Below, one piece after another: positions 38,369-48,959 of a stretch of DNA of 64,000 bases; the first letter of the stretch is position 1; every line of letters begins with the position of its first letter. This DNA comes from Kiritimatiellia bacterium (GTDB taxonomy: Bacteria > Verrucomicrobiota > Kiritimatiellia > RFP12 > UBA1067). The notes below the pieces were generated by a model. That model had not been told where the DNA came from and searched no databases. It saw nothing but the letters and a program-made list of their open reading frames with translations. The stretch lies in the NCBI GenBank assembly GCA_050949565.1, contig JBMNFY010000008.1, positions 128,001 through 192,000 of the forward strand, read 5' to 3'. The translations under genes were made by a program, and so were the position numbers.

Positions 38369-41236
38369 TTAGCCCCGCAACGCCGCCTGCGCCGCAGCCA
38401 GCCGCGCGATCGGCACGCGGTAAGGCGAGCAGCTCACGTAGTCGAAGCCGAGCTTGTAGCAGAAGGCCACCGTCTTCGGGTCGCCGCCATGCTCACCGCA
38501 CACCCCGACCTTCAGCTTGGGCTTCACGCCGCGGGCGTAGTTCATGGCAATCTCGATCATGCGGCCCACACCCTCCATGTCCAGCACCTGGAAGGGGTCG
38601 TAGTCGTAGAAGCCGCGCGACACATAATCGCCCAGGAACTTGCCGGCGTCATCGCGCGAGAAGCCGCAGGTCATCTGCGTCAGGTCGTTCGTGCCGAACG
38701 AGAAGAAGTCGGCCTCGGCCGCGATCTGATCGGCGGTGATCGCCGCGCGCGGCACCTCGATCATCGTGCCGACCGTGATCTGCAGCTTGACCTTCTTGGC
38801 CTTCTCGACCTCCGCCACCGTCTTGAGGATCAGCTCCTTCTGGGCGACCAGCTCTTTGACGTTGCCCACCAGCGGCACCATGATCTCAGGCCGCGACCCC
38901 TTGACCGCAGCGGCGGCCTCGCAAATCGCGCGCACCTGCATCTCGGTCACCTCGGGATAGCTGATGCCCAAGCGGCAGCCACGGTGGCCCAGCATCGGGT
39001 TGGTCTCGTGCAGTGACTCCACGACCTCTTGGATGTGCGCCACATCGACCCCCATGACCTTCGCCATCTCAGCCTGTCCGGCGGCATCCTGCGGCAGGAA
39101 CTCATGCAGCGGCGGATCCAGCAACCGCACCGTGCAGGGCCGCCCCTTGAGTGCCTTGAACATGCCGATGAAGTCCTTGCGCTGCAACGGCAACAGCTCT
39201 TTCAGCGCCTGATTGTACTGCTTGAGCGGCGCGGCCAATTCGCTTTCGAGACGAGCGCGCTCCTCGACGTCGGTGTCCGCGCAAGCGGCAATCGCCTGAC
39301 GCAGATTCTTGACGGTCTCCGCCACGAGAATCATGCGGCGGAAACTGGTGACGCGGTCACCCTCGAAGAACATGTGCTCGGTACGGCAGAGGCCGATACC
39401 CTCAGCGCCGAACGAGACCGCCCTGGCGGTGTCGTGCGGGGTGTCCGCATTGGTGCGTACGCCCATCTTGCGGTACTTGTCGGCCAGCGCCATGATTGTG
39501 GCGAAGGGGCCGGTCAGCTTCGGCGCCTGCGTCTCAATCTGACCCTCGTACACCGCGCCGGTCGATCCATTGAGCGAAATCCAGTCGCCCTCCTTCAGCA
39601 CCAGCTTACCGCAGGAGATCGTCTTCCTGTCATAGCTGATGTGAAGCTCACCACACCCTGAAACGCAGCACTTGCCCATACCGCGCGCGACCACCGCCGC
39701 GTGCGAGGTCATGCCGCCGCGCGCCGTCAGGATGCCGACCGCCACATTCATGCCGCCGATATCCTCGGGGCTGGTCTCGATGCGGCAGAGAATGACCTTC
39801 TTGCCATCCTTGGCCCACTGCTCGGCCGTGGCCGCGTTGAAAACGATCTGGCCGGTGGCCGCGCCCGGCGAAGCCGGCAGACCGACCGTAATCCGCTTGG
39901 CCTTGGCCTCGGCGGCCTTGACGAAAACCGGATGCAGCAACTGATCAAGCTGCGCAGGCTCGACGCGCATCACTGCGGTCTTCTCGTCGATGAGCTTCTC
40001 CTTGATAAGGTCCGTCGCGATCTTGACCGCCGCCGCCGCCGTACGCTTGCCGTTACGGGTCTGCAACATGTAGAGCGTGCCATCCTCAATCGTGAACTCG
40101 AGATCCTGCATATCGCGGTAGTGACGCTCAAGCTTGACACGAATCGCGTCGAGCTGCTTGAAGACTTTGGGCATGACCTCCTCCAGCGACGGATACTGCG
40201 CCTTGCGCACCGCCTCGGTGATCGAACGTGCCTTGGCCCACTCGCGCGAACCCTTGATCGTGATCTGCTGCGGCGTGCGGATACCCGCCACCACGTCTTC
40301 GCCCTGCGCGTTAATCAGGTATTCACCGTAGAAATACTTGTGCTCACCGGTTGACGGATCGCGGGTGAAGGCCACACCGGTCGCCGAATTGTCGCCGGAG
40401 TTGCCGAACACCATCGCCTGAACGTTTACCGCCGTGCCCAGCAGGCCGCGGATATCGTTCAACTCGCGGTACTTGATGGCGCGCGGGTTGTTCCACGACC
40501 CGAAGACCGCACTTATGCTGAGCGTAAGCTGCTCCATCGCGTCAGCCGGGAAATCGCACCCCTTGGTCTTCTTGACCATCTTGCGGTAGCGGGACACCAC
40601 CTCTTGCAGGTCTTCCGCCATCAACTCAGAGTCCAGCTTATATCCCTTGGCGCGCTTCACCGCTTCCAACTCAAGCTCGAACTGGTGGTGGTCAACACCC
40701 AGCACCACGTTGCCGAACATCTGGATGAAGCGGCGATAGGAGTCCCACACGAAACGGGGATTGTTGGTGCGGGCGATCATCGCCTCGACCGTATCGGGAT
40801 TCAGGCCGAGGTTCAAAACGGTGTCCATCATACCGGGCATCGAGGCCGCGGCACCGGAGCGCACCGAGACCAACAGCGGATTCGGGCCTTTGCCGAACGT
40901 CTTGCCCGTCGCCTTTTCCAGACACTTGAGCGCGGCCTGCACCTCAGCGCGGATCAAATCGTGCAGCGCCTTCTCGCCGATCTCATAGTACTTGGCGCAC
41001 GCTTCCGTCGTGATGGTAAATCCTGGGGGAACTGGCAAGCCGAGTCCGGCCATGTCGGCAAGGTTTGCGCCCTTGCCCCCGAGCAACGTCCGCATCGTGA
41101 CATCGCCCTCAGACTGATCCGCACCAAAGAAATAGACGTACTTCGCCCGCTTCGTTTTCGACGCCGCCTTAGCCTTTGCAGGGGCAGCCTTTTTCACAGT
41201 TTTCTTCACAGGTTTCCTCACAGGTTTTGCACACAT
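38369..41236 (-). CDS. ppdK: Pyruvate, phosphate dikinase
   Basis: LLGGKGANL, PLLVSVRSG, SMPGMMDT, GGMTSHAAVVAR (phospho-His), GIGLCRTEHM, FSFGTNDLTQ, CGEHGG. Confidence 0.97.
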   Translation of the reverse strand: MCAKPVRKPVKKTVKKAAPAKAKAASKTKRAKYVYFFGADQSEGDVTMRTLLGGKGANLADMAGLGLPVPPGFTITTEACAKYYEIGEKALHDLIRAEVQAALKCLEKATGKTFGKGPNPLLVSVRSGAAASMPGMMDTVLNLGLNPDTVEAMIARTNNPRFVWDSYRRFIQMFGNVVLGVDHHQFELELEAVKRAKGYKLDSELMAEDLQEVVSRYRKMVKKTKGCDFPADAMEQLTLSISAVFGSWNNPRAIKYRELNDIRGLLGTAVNVQAMVFGNSGDNSATGVAFTRDPSTGEHKYFYGEYLINAQGEDVVAGIRTPQQITIKGSREWAKARSITEAVRKAQYPSLEEVMPKVFKQLDAIRVKLERHYRDMQDLEFTIEDGTLYMLQTRNGKRTAAAAVKIATDLIKEKLIDEKTAVMRVEPAQLDQLLHPVFVKAAEAKAKRITVGLPASPGAATGQIVFNAATAEQWAKDGKKVILCRIETSPEDIGGMNVAVGILTARGGMTSHAAVVARGMGKCCVSGCGELHISYDRKTISCGKLVLKEGDWISLNGSTGAVYEGQIETQAPKLTGPFATIMALADKYRKMGVRTNADTPHDTARAVSFGAEGIGLCRTEHMFFEGDRVTSFRRMILVAETVKNLRQAIAACADTDVEERARLESELAAPLKQYNQALKELLPLQRKDFIGMFKALKGRPCTVRLLDPPLHEFLPQDAAGQAEMAKVMGVDVAHIQEVVESLHETNPMLGHRGCRLGISYPEVTEMQVRAICEAAAAVKGSRPEIMVPLVGNVKELVAQKELILKTVAEVEKAKKVKLQITVGTMIEVPRAAITADQIAAEADFFSFGTNDLTQMTCGFSRDDAGKFLGDYVSRGFYDYDPFQVLDMEGVGRMIEIAMNYARGVKPKLKVGVCGEHGGDPKTVAFCYKLGFDYVSCSPYRVPIARLAAAQAALRG

Positions 41237-41267
41237 AACTTCACTTCCTCTGTTAGCAACGCGGGGA

Positions 41268-41295
41268 AGTATAGCAAAGCCCTCCCGTGAGTCAA
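41268..41295 (-). promoter_or_regulatory. Putative sigma70 promoter of ppdK
   Basis: Minus strand TTGACT-16 bp-TATACT with TGn extension. Confidence 0.6.
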
Positions 41296-41309
41296 ATCCC
41301 TCAGTCCTT

Positions 41310-41375
41310 AGAGCGTTAAACGTTTTAACTCAGAACGCTGAACGTCGAACTCTGAACTCCGAAGTGGAAAAATCC
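41310..41375. repeat. Partial copy of the composite heptamer block
   Basis: ttttaactcagaacgctgaacgtcgaactctgaa matches 25000-25034. Confidence 0.75.
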
Positions 41376-41500
41376 TTGCCTATAACTTACACGATCAAGG
41401 TTGTCCTCATTTATATTCCCGTGCGAAGCGCGGGCGGCGGGCTAACCGGTTACCAAAAAAGCGCTTTTCGCCATTCGCTATTCCCCCGCTTTGTGCGATA

Positions 41501-42079
41501 ATGGCGACCGGAGTTTGCATGAATAAGACCACGCCATCCTTTGTGCGGAACGGGTACTGCGTCTCTTGCGACAGGGCTGCGGAGCGCCGGGCGATCACTT
41601 GCCCCTACTGCGGTGAGCAGGTCTGGCACCCCAGGGCCTGGCATGTGACGCGCTGGTGCGTGCTGCTGGCACCTGCGGTGTTGGTGTCGATCGCAGTGGC
41701 TTGGCTCACGGCGTCGCCCGGCTGGCACGCGATCTTCCATCACCTGCGCTCAGCGCCGCTGATCGCGGCTTGGCTCGCGGCGAGCGGTTTGGGTTTGCTC
41801 GTGCTGCCCGCCGATACGGACAGCAGTGCCGCAGGCGCGAAAGCCGACCTGCGCCGTCTACAACTGGAGGCCATTCTCGGCGGCATCGCACAGGCTTTGT
41901 CCGCCGTAATCGGGACCGCCCTACTTGCTGCCATCCCGCGTCTCTCTCTGCCCGTCCTGTTGGTCGGCTTCGCGCTTTTGACCTGTGCCGTGCTCCTACC
42001 ACGTTTTTTCCGCATTCCGTGGTGTCGGCTTGCCGCCGCTGCGGCATTGGCGATCGCCGCAGCCATCAGTATACTTTAG
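41501..42079 (+). CDS. Hypothetical membrane protein with N-terminal zinc ribbon
   Basis: CVSC...CPYC followed by ~5 hydrophobic segments; start may be 41519. Confidence 0.7.
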   Translation: MATGVCMNKTTPSFVRNGYCVSCDRAAERRAITCPYCGEQVWHPRAWHVTRWCVLLAPAVLVSIAVAWLTASPGWHAIFHHLRSAPLIAAWLAASGLGLLVLPADTDSSAAGAKADLRRLQLEAILGGIAQALSAVIGTALLAAIPRLSLPVLLVGFALLTCAVLLPRFFRIPWCRLAAAAALAIAAAISIL

Positions 42080-42210
42080 TACACAGTCGGTTTTTTATTC
42101 AAAAAAGACCCAATAACAACTCATAACATGTTGTAAGTCTTTGATTATCAACAAGATAGAAGACGGAAAAACGAGGTGAAAAAAATAGTAAAAAAATTAA
42201 ATTATGCCTA

Positions 42211-42240
42211 TTGACAAAACAGGGGTGCATCACGTATTAT
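42211..42240 (+). promoter_or_regulatory. Strong sigma70 promoter with A-rich UP element
   Basis: TTGACA-18 bp-TATTAT preceded by A-tracts at 42179-42203. Confidence 0.75.
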
Positions 42241-42247
42241 ACACCCC

Positions 42248-42406
42248 GTTCAAACGACCTCCCCCAGGTTGATGAACAGCGTAGCCAGCGCGACACATTC
42301 CCCCGTGATTGCGCATACAGGTTTCCCCCCTGTAAGGTTACGCAAAATTATATATGTCCTCCCTGGCGGCGGGTAAGAGCTTAAGCTTTTATCCGCCGTT
42401 TTTTTT
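42248..42406 (+). ncRNA. Candidate small RNA with C-rich hairpin loops
   Basis: Lies between a promoter and an intrinsic terminator with no credible ORF; three hairpins with (U)CCCC(C) loops, two enclosed by GCGUAGCC/GGUUACGC. Confidence 0.7.
42365..42406 (+). terminator. Rho-independent terminator
   Basis: GGCGGCGGGTAAGAGC-TTAA-GCTTTTATCCGCCGTT followed by a T-tract. Confidence 0.8.
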
Positions 42407-43301
42407 ACCGCCAACGCTTGTGCGCCCAGAGATACTGTTCGGGATAGCGGCGGATCACGGCTTCGAGACGCCGGTTGATCTCGGCAAGCAGATCGGCGAC
42501 GTCGCGCTCTTTATCGCCTGTCGGCGTGAAGCGGATCGGATCGTCCGTAACCATGCGGTAATGGAAGGCGCTATCGCGGATGAATGCGCCGGCCAAGATC
42601 GGGGCACCGGTCTTCAGGTGCAAGCGCGCAGGCGAGGTGTGCGTGGATGCGGGACGTCCCATAAAGTCAACGATCACACCCTGCTTTCTACCGGCGTGCT
42701 GATCCATCACCAGCGTCATCGCCGCGCCGGTCTCCTTCCACTGGCGCAGCACGCTGGGCGCAAACCCCTGCTTCTTGGGAATGATCGTGATCGCGCCGCG
42801 GAAGTGATGTTTTTTCAGGAAGCGCTCGACAAGGGGGTTGTTCATCTTGCGCGCCACGGCGATCATCGGACGGGTGAAGGAGATGATCGTCACAGCCGCC
42901 TCCCATACGCCGTGGTGGCCGGAGAGGATCATGACCGGCATATCCGGCCGCTCCAGCAACAACTCGAAGGTTTCGGCGGGACCGTCGAAGACGATGTGCT
43001 CGCGCCAATTCTCCGCCGTCACTACCTGTCCCACCTTGAGTGCCTCCATGAGGTGGCCGGCCAGATGGCCGAAGGCGCGACGCGCGATGCGGTCCGCCTC
43101 CGCCGGATCATCTGTGATGCTGGCGCACAGGATATTGTCCACTGCGATGCGGCGACGCTCACGGAACAGCGGATAGACAAGCGATGCCGCGCCAGCACCG
43201 AGGGCATAGGCGCGGCGCGCCGGCACCAGCCGATAGAGCAGCGAGGCCAGCCATAGGGCAAGGTACTCCAGAAACCAAAGAAGCTGACGAAAAACCTTCA
43301 T
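42405..43301 (-). CDS. Lipid A biosynthesis acyltransferase (LpxL/HtrB family)
   Basis: SGHHGVWE, VMDQHAG, DFMGRPA, YPEQYLWAHKRWR. Confidence 0.9.
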   Translation of the reverse strand: MKVFRQLLWFLEYLALWLASLLYRLVPARRAYALGAGAASLVYPLFRERRRIAVDNILCASITDDPAEADRIARRAFGHLAGHLMEALKVGQVVTAENWREHIVFDGPAETFELLLERPDMPVMILSGHHGVWEAAVTIISFTRPMIAVARKMNNPLVERFLKKHHFRGAITIIPKKQGFAPSVLRQWKETGAAMTLVMDQHAGRKQGVIVDFMGRPASTHTSPARLHLKTGAPILAGAFIRDSAFHYRMVTDDPIRFTPTGDKERDVADLLAEINRRLEAVIRRYPEQYLWAHKRWR

Positions 43302-43310
43302 GCGTCGAGA

Positions 43311-46300
43311 TTATTTGGAAAATTCTGCCGACAATTCGGCGACCAGCGGTTTCAGGCGACGCCGGATGTGATACGGCAACAGGTCTTCGTCATCCAGCAG
43401 GTCGGAGACCAGCATGGCCGCCTGATCCAGTTTCCTTTGGCGCATCAACAGATTGATCCAAGTCAAGCGCACGTCAAGATCATCCGGCAAGCTATCCATC
43501 ACAGGGGCCAGAGCACGTGATGCCTCGTCCAGCCGACCGGTCGCGATCAGTAGGCGGGCCAGAGTATGCAAGGTGAAGAGGCGCTGCCCGTCCATGTCCA
43601 GCGACCGGCGGAGGAATTTTTCCGCCTGCTCCATCTCGCCGCGTTCGAACAGCACCGCGCCGAGGCCCGCATACGCCGGCGCGTTGCGCTCCTTTTCAAG
43701 ACTGCGCTTGAAGAGGTCCTCGGCCAAGTCCAACTCGCCGCGACGCAGACGGACCGAGCCCCACAGGTAGTTGGCAAACGCGTGTTCCGGATTGAGGCGC
43801 AAGACCTCTTTGGCGTCCTCTTCAGAAAAGGCCGGCACATCAAGCACGTCGTCGAGGCGTAGCAGGTCTTCGCGCACTTGATGCAGATGGCGGTTCAGCG
43901 CCAACGCACGCAGGAAACTGCTACGCGCGAGCGGATAGTCCTGTGGACCGTTGTTCCTCAGGATGTAACCGCGCACCATGTGCATCAGATAGTGCTCGCG
44001 CTTGCTCGCCGCGCTACGGAGCGCGGGAAAGACGCGGCTCTCCAACTCCGGATATTCGCCGGCTTGCAGCAGGATTTCGGCCAGCAGGCCCCACAGGCGG
44101 ATGTCGCCCGGACGGGAGGGGATCACCTTGTTAAGGAGTTCGCGCGCCTCATCATTTTTGCCGTCCAAGATCAGCAGTGCCGCCTCGTGCCAGACCAACT
44201 CCTCTTCCGGCACCTTGTTCTCTTTGGCCAGATCCATCCAGAGGCCCGCTTCCGGCAGGTCGCGCCGTTCGATCGCGATACGTGCCTTGTTGATCAGCGC
44301 AAAGGAGTCGCGGTCATCCAAGTCCAGCAGCAGATTGAGATGGCGCTCGGCGTCATCAAACTCATTCGCGTCGATCTGCCGTGTGATAGTCTGGACCAGC
44401 TCGCGCTTCCTGTCGCGCATGGCAGTCATCGGGTCGGTCCGGAAGCCTTTAGCGGTTGCCCACTGATGCCGTTGCCCCGCCCCCCTATCCCAGATGTTTT
44501 TGCGGACATAACCCAGAACATCCTGATTGAGCAGTGTGCCGTCGCGTTCTTGCAGCGACGTAACAGTCAGCGCGAAGGTGTCCTCATTCCGCTGCATCAA
44601 GCGAAGTTGCGTTTCGATCTCGCCTTGCGCCTCCGTACCGCCCTCTTTGTTAGTAGCTAGCTCATAACGATTCAGGACCACACTGAGGTTGTCCGGCGCC
44701 CTGTTCGACACATGCTCCAGCAGTGCGGCGGCCTCCGCCACCCGTCCTTTCGCCACCAGCAGAACGGCCAGTTCATTCCCCATTCGGGCGATTTGACCGT
44801 TCAATCCTTTCCGCACATAGGCGTAGTACCGGATGGTATCGGGGGTCTTTGGGTTCACCAGCGGGGCCATCGCCTCACCAAACGCGTAATACTGGGTGAG
44901 CAACGCGGCCGTATCCACACCCGTATCGCGCGGTGCCCCGCTTAGGAAGAAACCGGTCGGCAGCGCCAGAAAACCATTGTCACGCCACAGTTCGGGCGAG
45001 TCAAAGAGCACGACCCGCTTAAAGGCGTTGGTGTCGTGCCTGAACCACTCGCGCAAAAATGCGGCGGTCGATAGGTCGGCGGCGTTGATCAACCGATAAC
45101 GGCTCGTTGCAAACGACGGATCTGTACGGAGCGCCGTTTCCAGATTCTGTTTAGATCTCGCGCCTTGCGCGTCGTCGGTTGCAAGAAAAGTCAACTGTCG
45201 ACCGTCACGATGTGCGCGCACCATGAGGTGGTGCTTCAGCAACCTCATGTTGACGATCCAGTCGCGCCCGTCCAACTCACGGTAGATCTCATCGATCACA
45301 CGGTCGGCGAACGTTCCTTCATCGGGATCGATATCGGAGTAACTAAAGAAGGGCACCAAAAGCGCCAGCGCCAGCAACGGCCAGCAGAGCACCGCACCGA
45401 TCCGGCAGACGAGTGGATTGTCACGGTATTCGTAATAGTCGAGCTCTTCTTCGATCTTCTCCTCAAAGATCTCCCGCATCAAGAACCAGGAGGCCACCAG
45501 CATACCGATAAACAATGCGATGATCACATGCTGGTAGACGGGGATTTTCGAAGTGAGGCGCGCGACCCCCCAGATCGAAGTGTCAAGGTGAACCCAGTTC
45601 AGCATCCGGCCCAGCCAGGTCATCTCCCCGTCAGCTCCGCGCGCAACACTCAGGTTGAGCAGGGTCGGCAACAATGGCACGACGAGCGCGAGTTGCGTCA
45701 AAAGAAGAAACGGAGTCCGACGCTTGAAGGCATGCGAAAAGATGAAGAAGGAGATTGAGGCCGGGAACAGGAATTGTACAAAGACGTAACTCCATCCGAA
45801 ACTGGGAATCCAGCGGATCAGTTCGCGCTTCATTGTCTCCAGAAACACCCGCAGAATCGGGCGCGGAGCCGGAACCGGAATGGCCGCGCACACCTCGGCT
45901 GTCTGCCACAACACATACAGCGCCAACAACAACCCAACAAATCCCGTCAACACCACAAAAAGCACCCTGTAGGTCGTGGCGTGTCCGTTCAGAATGATGC
46001 TGCGCAGGAGAATCACACCGCCGATCGGCATCAAAAGCAGAAAGATCGGCGACTCCACGCTACACGCGCCCAGCAGCAGCACACTTACGAAAAGTGAGAC
46101 TTGGTTACCTCGCTGGTCATAAGAGATGATCAGGTTGATGATGAGAAAAATCAGCAACAAGTCAAACGCATACGGATAGAGGCGAGTCGCAACCAACCAG
46201 AACGGCGCACAGAACGCCAGCACACTGGCCGCTCCCAACCCGCCCAGCACGGCGGCGTAGGCCACACGTCGATTGTGCGCCTGGACTGAAGCCGGGATGG

Positions 46301-46763
46301 AGAGCGTACCGTCGGCATTGGTCGCGAACCCGTCCTGACCGCGCAACGGGATGTCGGCGTCGTCTGCGTCATCATCCGTTCCGCGCAGGCGCGGCGGCAT
46401 CGCCGCCATCGCGCCACCGGGATTTTCACAGGCGAATATGAACACCAGCCGCGCTACCAACAGATAGAAGAGCGACACCGCCAAGCCGCCGCAAATCGCG
46501 CAAAACAGATTCAGCCGGGTCGGCAAGTCCGCAAAGCTCAACCCCGCCACCCAACGCGCGGCCAGTGCGAACAACGGATAGGCAAGGTCGTCCTGCGGAC
46601 ACAGTCCCGCCGCCGCCGTGGTCAATGTCGCGGAAACTCCCGGATAGACATGCGTAAACAGCGTCAAACGATATACGATCAGCGGCACTACCGCCGTGAA
46701 GGGGATAAAGAAGCGGATCAAACGCCACGGAGTCGAAAAAAATGTCCGGCGCAGAAAACCCAT
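43311..46763 (-). CDS. Polytopic membrane protein (DUF2723/TMEM260-like N-terminus) with C-terminal TPR repeats
   Basis: YRLTL...YPLF...RLNLFCAICG pattern, ~10 TM segments, then TPR helices (LRLNPEHAFANYLWG, NAPAYAGLG). Confidence 0.75.
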   Translation of the reverse strand: MGFLRRTFFSTPWRLIRFFIPFTAVVPLIVYRLTLFTHVYPGVSATLTTAAAGLCPQDDLAYPLFALAARWVAGLSFADLPTRLNLFCAICGGLAVSLFYLLVARLVFIFACENPGGAMAAMPPRLRGTDDDADDADIPLRGQDGFATNADGTLSIPASVQAHNRRVAYAAVLGGLGAASVLAFCAPFWLVATRLYPYAFDLLLIFLIINLIISYDQRGNQVSLFVSVLLLGACSVESPIFLLLMPIGGVILLRSIILNGHATTYRVLFVVLTGFVGLLLALYVLWQTAEVCAAIPVPAPRPILRVFLETMKRELIRWIPSFGWSYVFVQFLFPASISFFIFSHAFKRRTPFLLLTQLALVVPLLPTLLNLSVARGADGEMTWLGRMLNWVHLDTSIWGVARLTSKIPVYQHVIIALFIGMLVASWFLMREIFEEKIEEELDYYEYRDNPLVCRIGAVLCWPLLALALLVPFFSYSDIDPDEGTFADRVIDEIYRELDGRDWIVNMRLLKHHLMVRAHRDGRQLTFLATDDAQGARSKQNLETALRTDPSFATSRYRLINAADLSTAAFLREWFRHDTNAFKRVVLFDSPELWRDNGFLALPTGFFLSGAPRDTGVDTAALLTQYYAFGEAMAPLVNPKTPDTIRYYAYVRKGLNGQIARMGNELAVLLVAKGRVAEAAALLEHVSNRAPDNLSVVLNRYELATNKEGGTEAQGEIETQLRLMQRNEDTFALTVTSLQERDGTLLNQDVLGYVRKNIWDRGAGQRHQWATAKGFRTDPMTAMRDRKRELVQTITRQIDANEFDDAERHLNLLLDLDDRDSFALINKARIAIERRDLPEAGLWMDLAKENKVPEEELVWHEAALLILDGKNDEARELLNKVIPSRPGDIRLWGLLAEILLQAGEYPELESRVFPALRSAASKREHYLMHMVRGYILRNNGPQDYPLARSSFLRALALNRHLHQVREDLLRLDDVLDVPAFSEEDAKEVLRLNPEHAFANYLWGSVRLRRGELDLAEDLFKRSLEKERNAPAYAGLGAVLFERGEMEQAEKFLRRSLDMDGQRLFTLHTLARLLIATGRLDEASRALAPVMDSLPDDLDVRLTWINLLMRQRKLDQAAMLVSDLLDDEDLLPYHIRRRLKPLVAELSAEFSK

Positions 46764-46777
46764 TGAGGCACCTCACT

Positions 46778-48952
46778 TTACTTTCGCGCACGGCGGCGCC
46801 AAGCGCGGTCGCCATAAACACCGGCCTTGGAGCTGTCGAACGGAATGAAGCCCGCAGCCAACGCGGGCGACTCCGGCCGCAAGCGGAAATCACGCGCGGC
46901 CGCATCCACAAACAGGGGATCAACCACCTGCCCGTCCGTATCGCGGCCCTCGGCCTGCCACTGCGCCAACGTTTTGCCGTTGAAATCGACCGGCCCGTTA
47001 GCGCACCACCACAAATTGCGCCGCCACTCAACACGCGCCTTCTCCGTGCCGCGGTAGCGCGGCGTCCCCAGCGCTTGACCGGGCTGCGCCCAATAGATGA
47101 TGTTCCCCTCGATCACGGCAGAGCGGTGCGGCTCGGCGCGCGTGATCGCCACCTGGTATTGGCGGCTGTATGCGAGGATGTTGTTGCGCACAATGTTGTC
47201 GCGTCCGTAATGCTGATGGAACGAGCTGTCCTTGGTGTCGTAGACGAGATTGTTTTCAAACACAATCCCCTCCGACCCTTCGTCAGGATACAAGCCCCAG
47301 CCGCCGTAGGTGTAGGAATCGACATTGAAGATCACGTTGTTACAAACCCGCGTGCCGAACGAAGTACCCAGCGTGTAGACGCCGCCCATGTCGCCCAGCG
47401 CACCCTGCCCGATGGTATGGATGCGGTTGTAGGCGATCAGATTGCGCTGCGCCACACTGCCCCGATAGCCCCACACCCAGCCGACTGACACGCCAGTGTA
47501 GTAGTGGTCGCCGATCTCATTGTGTGTGACGCGGTTGTCCGACGCATGGCCGATCCAGACCGCCGTAGCACTGGCGTGAAAGCGCCCGCCGTGCGTGATG
47601 ATGCAGTTGTCGATCTCGTTGAAGGCTGTGCTGTACGGGCCGAATGTCGTTACAACCGTATTGCTGGCGATGCTCGCTCCCTTGCCGCCCGGATCGCCGA
47701 TGCGGACGCCGCCCGCGCCGAGGTCCGTCAGCGCACAGCGGATCACGCGGTTACTGATGCACCCCGCGCGGAACCAGATGCCGTACTCGCCGGTGTGCGC
47801 CACGTCGCACGCTTCGAAGGTCACAGCGTGCGCGCCGTCGGCCATCACCGCAGCCTCGGTGCGCGCCGCAGCCTGCATGGGTTCGAACTGTGTGGGCCCC
47901 GGACGGTCAATTGCGCCGAGCACCTCGGGCGCGATCATAGCACCCCTGACCTGATCCGCACGGCGCGGCGAATCGGTGTAGTGAAAGGCGATTGAACGGA
48001 ACTGGACATGCCGCACAATCTGGGTGGTGGCGGGATCGCCCTGAATCGCGACCAGCGTCTGCAAGCCGGGATAAGGCGCGAAAACCTCGGCACCACGCCA
48101 ACGTCCGGGCAGGCGTTCGCCTTTGCGCGGCCGATAGAGGATCGTGCCCGCACAACCGTCATAAAACCACTCGCCCGGCGCATCAAAGGCCGATCGCACA
48201 TTCTCGACGTAATAAAGCGAATTGGTACGCCAAGGATTCCACGGCTTCCAGCGCCCGCCCTGCGTGCGCAGCGTGCCGCTGGCAGCATCGAAACCGAGGA
48301 TCATGCGGCGTGTCGTGTCCCAGTTGTGATGCACCACCACCTGCGCATAGCGCCAAGCCCCGGCGGGCTCTCCGGCCAGCAACGCCAGATCGCCACCACG
48401 GGCGGTCAGTTCCGCAACTGCATACTCCACTCGCGGCTGTTCGTTGGTGCGCATCGTTTGTTTGACCGCCTGCGGGGTCAAAAAGCCCTCGTTCGGATGA
48501 CGCGCACGCACCGCACGCTGGCCGTTGACATACAGGCTCTCGAAATAAGCGCGTGTGCCATCGGGAAGGTACGGAATCGGTGCCTCCCAGAGTCCCTCCT
48601 CCGTCACGCGCCAGCCTTCGATGCGCAGCGCGCCCATCACCCGTGTCGCGGTGCCCTCGCCCTGATAGATGACCGGCGCGCCTTCGCGCCCCGAATCTTC
48701 CGGCAGCAGCACGAACGGCTCGGAGAGCAGATAATCGCCCGCCGCCACCCGCACCGTCCATGCCTCATCGCACCCCGCCTGACGCGCGGCGCGGATCGCG
48801 TTACGCGCCTGAGTCAGTGACACAAACGGGCGGCTGCGCGAGCCATCGGCCACCGCATCCGTCAGCCGTCCCGACGGCGCCACGAAAAGCTCACCAGCAC
48901 TGACACCGCCTACGGTGCAGAGCAACAGTATTACCATCACGCCAATCCGCAT
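46778..48952 (-). CDS. Secreted right-handed beta-helix protein (GH141-like polysaccharide-degrading enzyme)
   Basis: Start trimmed to [12 protein letters not shown]; LFVAPSG...[51 protein letters not shown]. Confidence 0.85.
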   Translation of the reverse strand: MRIGVMVILLLCTVGGVSAGELFVAPSGRLTDAVADGSRSRPFVSLTQARNAIRAARQAGCDEAWTVRVAAGDYLLSEPFVLLPEDSGREGAPVIYQGEGTATRVMGALRIEGWRVTEEGLWEAPIPYLPDGTRAYFESLYVNGQRAVRARHPNEGFLTPQAVKQTMRTNEQPRVEYAVAELTARGGDLALLAGEPAGAWRYAQVVVHHNWDTTRRMILGFDAASGTLRTQGGRWKPWNPWRTNSLYYVENVRSAFDAPGEWFYDGCAGTILYRPRKGERLPGRWRGAEVFAPYPGLQTLVAIQGDPATTQIVRHVQFRSIAFHYTDSPRRADQVRGAMIAPEVLGAIDRPGPTQFEPMQAAARTEAAVMADGAHAVTFEACDVAHTGEYGIWFRAGCISNRVIRCALTDLGAGGVRIGDPGGKGASIASNTVVTTFGPYSTAFNEIDNCIITHGGRFHASATAVWIGHASDNRVTHNEIGDHYYTGVSVGWVWGYRGSVAQRNLIAYNRIHTIGQGALGDMGGVYTLGTSFGTRVCNNVIFNVDSYTYGGWGLYPDEGSEGIVFENNLVYDTKDSSFHQHYGRDNIVRNNILAYSRQYQVAITRAEPHRSAVIEGNIIYWAQPGQALGTPRYRGTEKARVEWRRNLWWCANGPVDFNGKTLAQWQAEGRDTDGQVVDPLFVDAAARDFRLRPESPALAAGFIPFDSSKAGVYGDRAWRRRARK

Positions 48953-48959
48953 ACACACC

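Noticed and set aside
42354-43256. 300-aa plus-strand ORF downstream of the strong promoter
   Set aside because: Antisense to the lpxL-like gene and interrupted by an intrinsic terminator within its first 55 nt.
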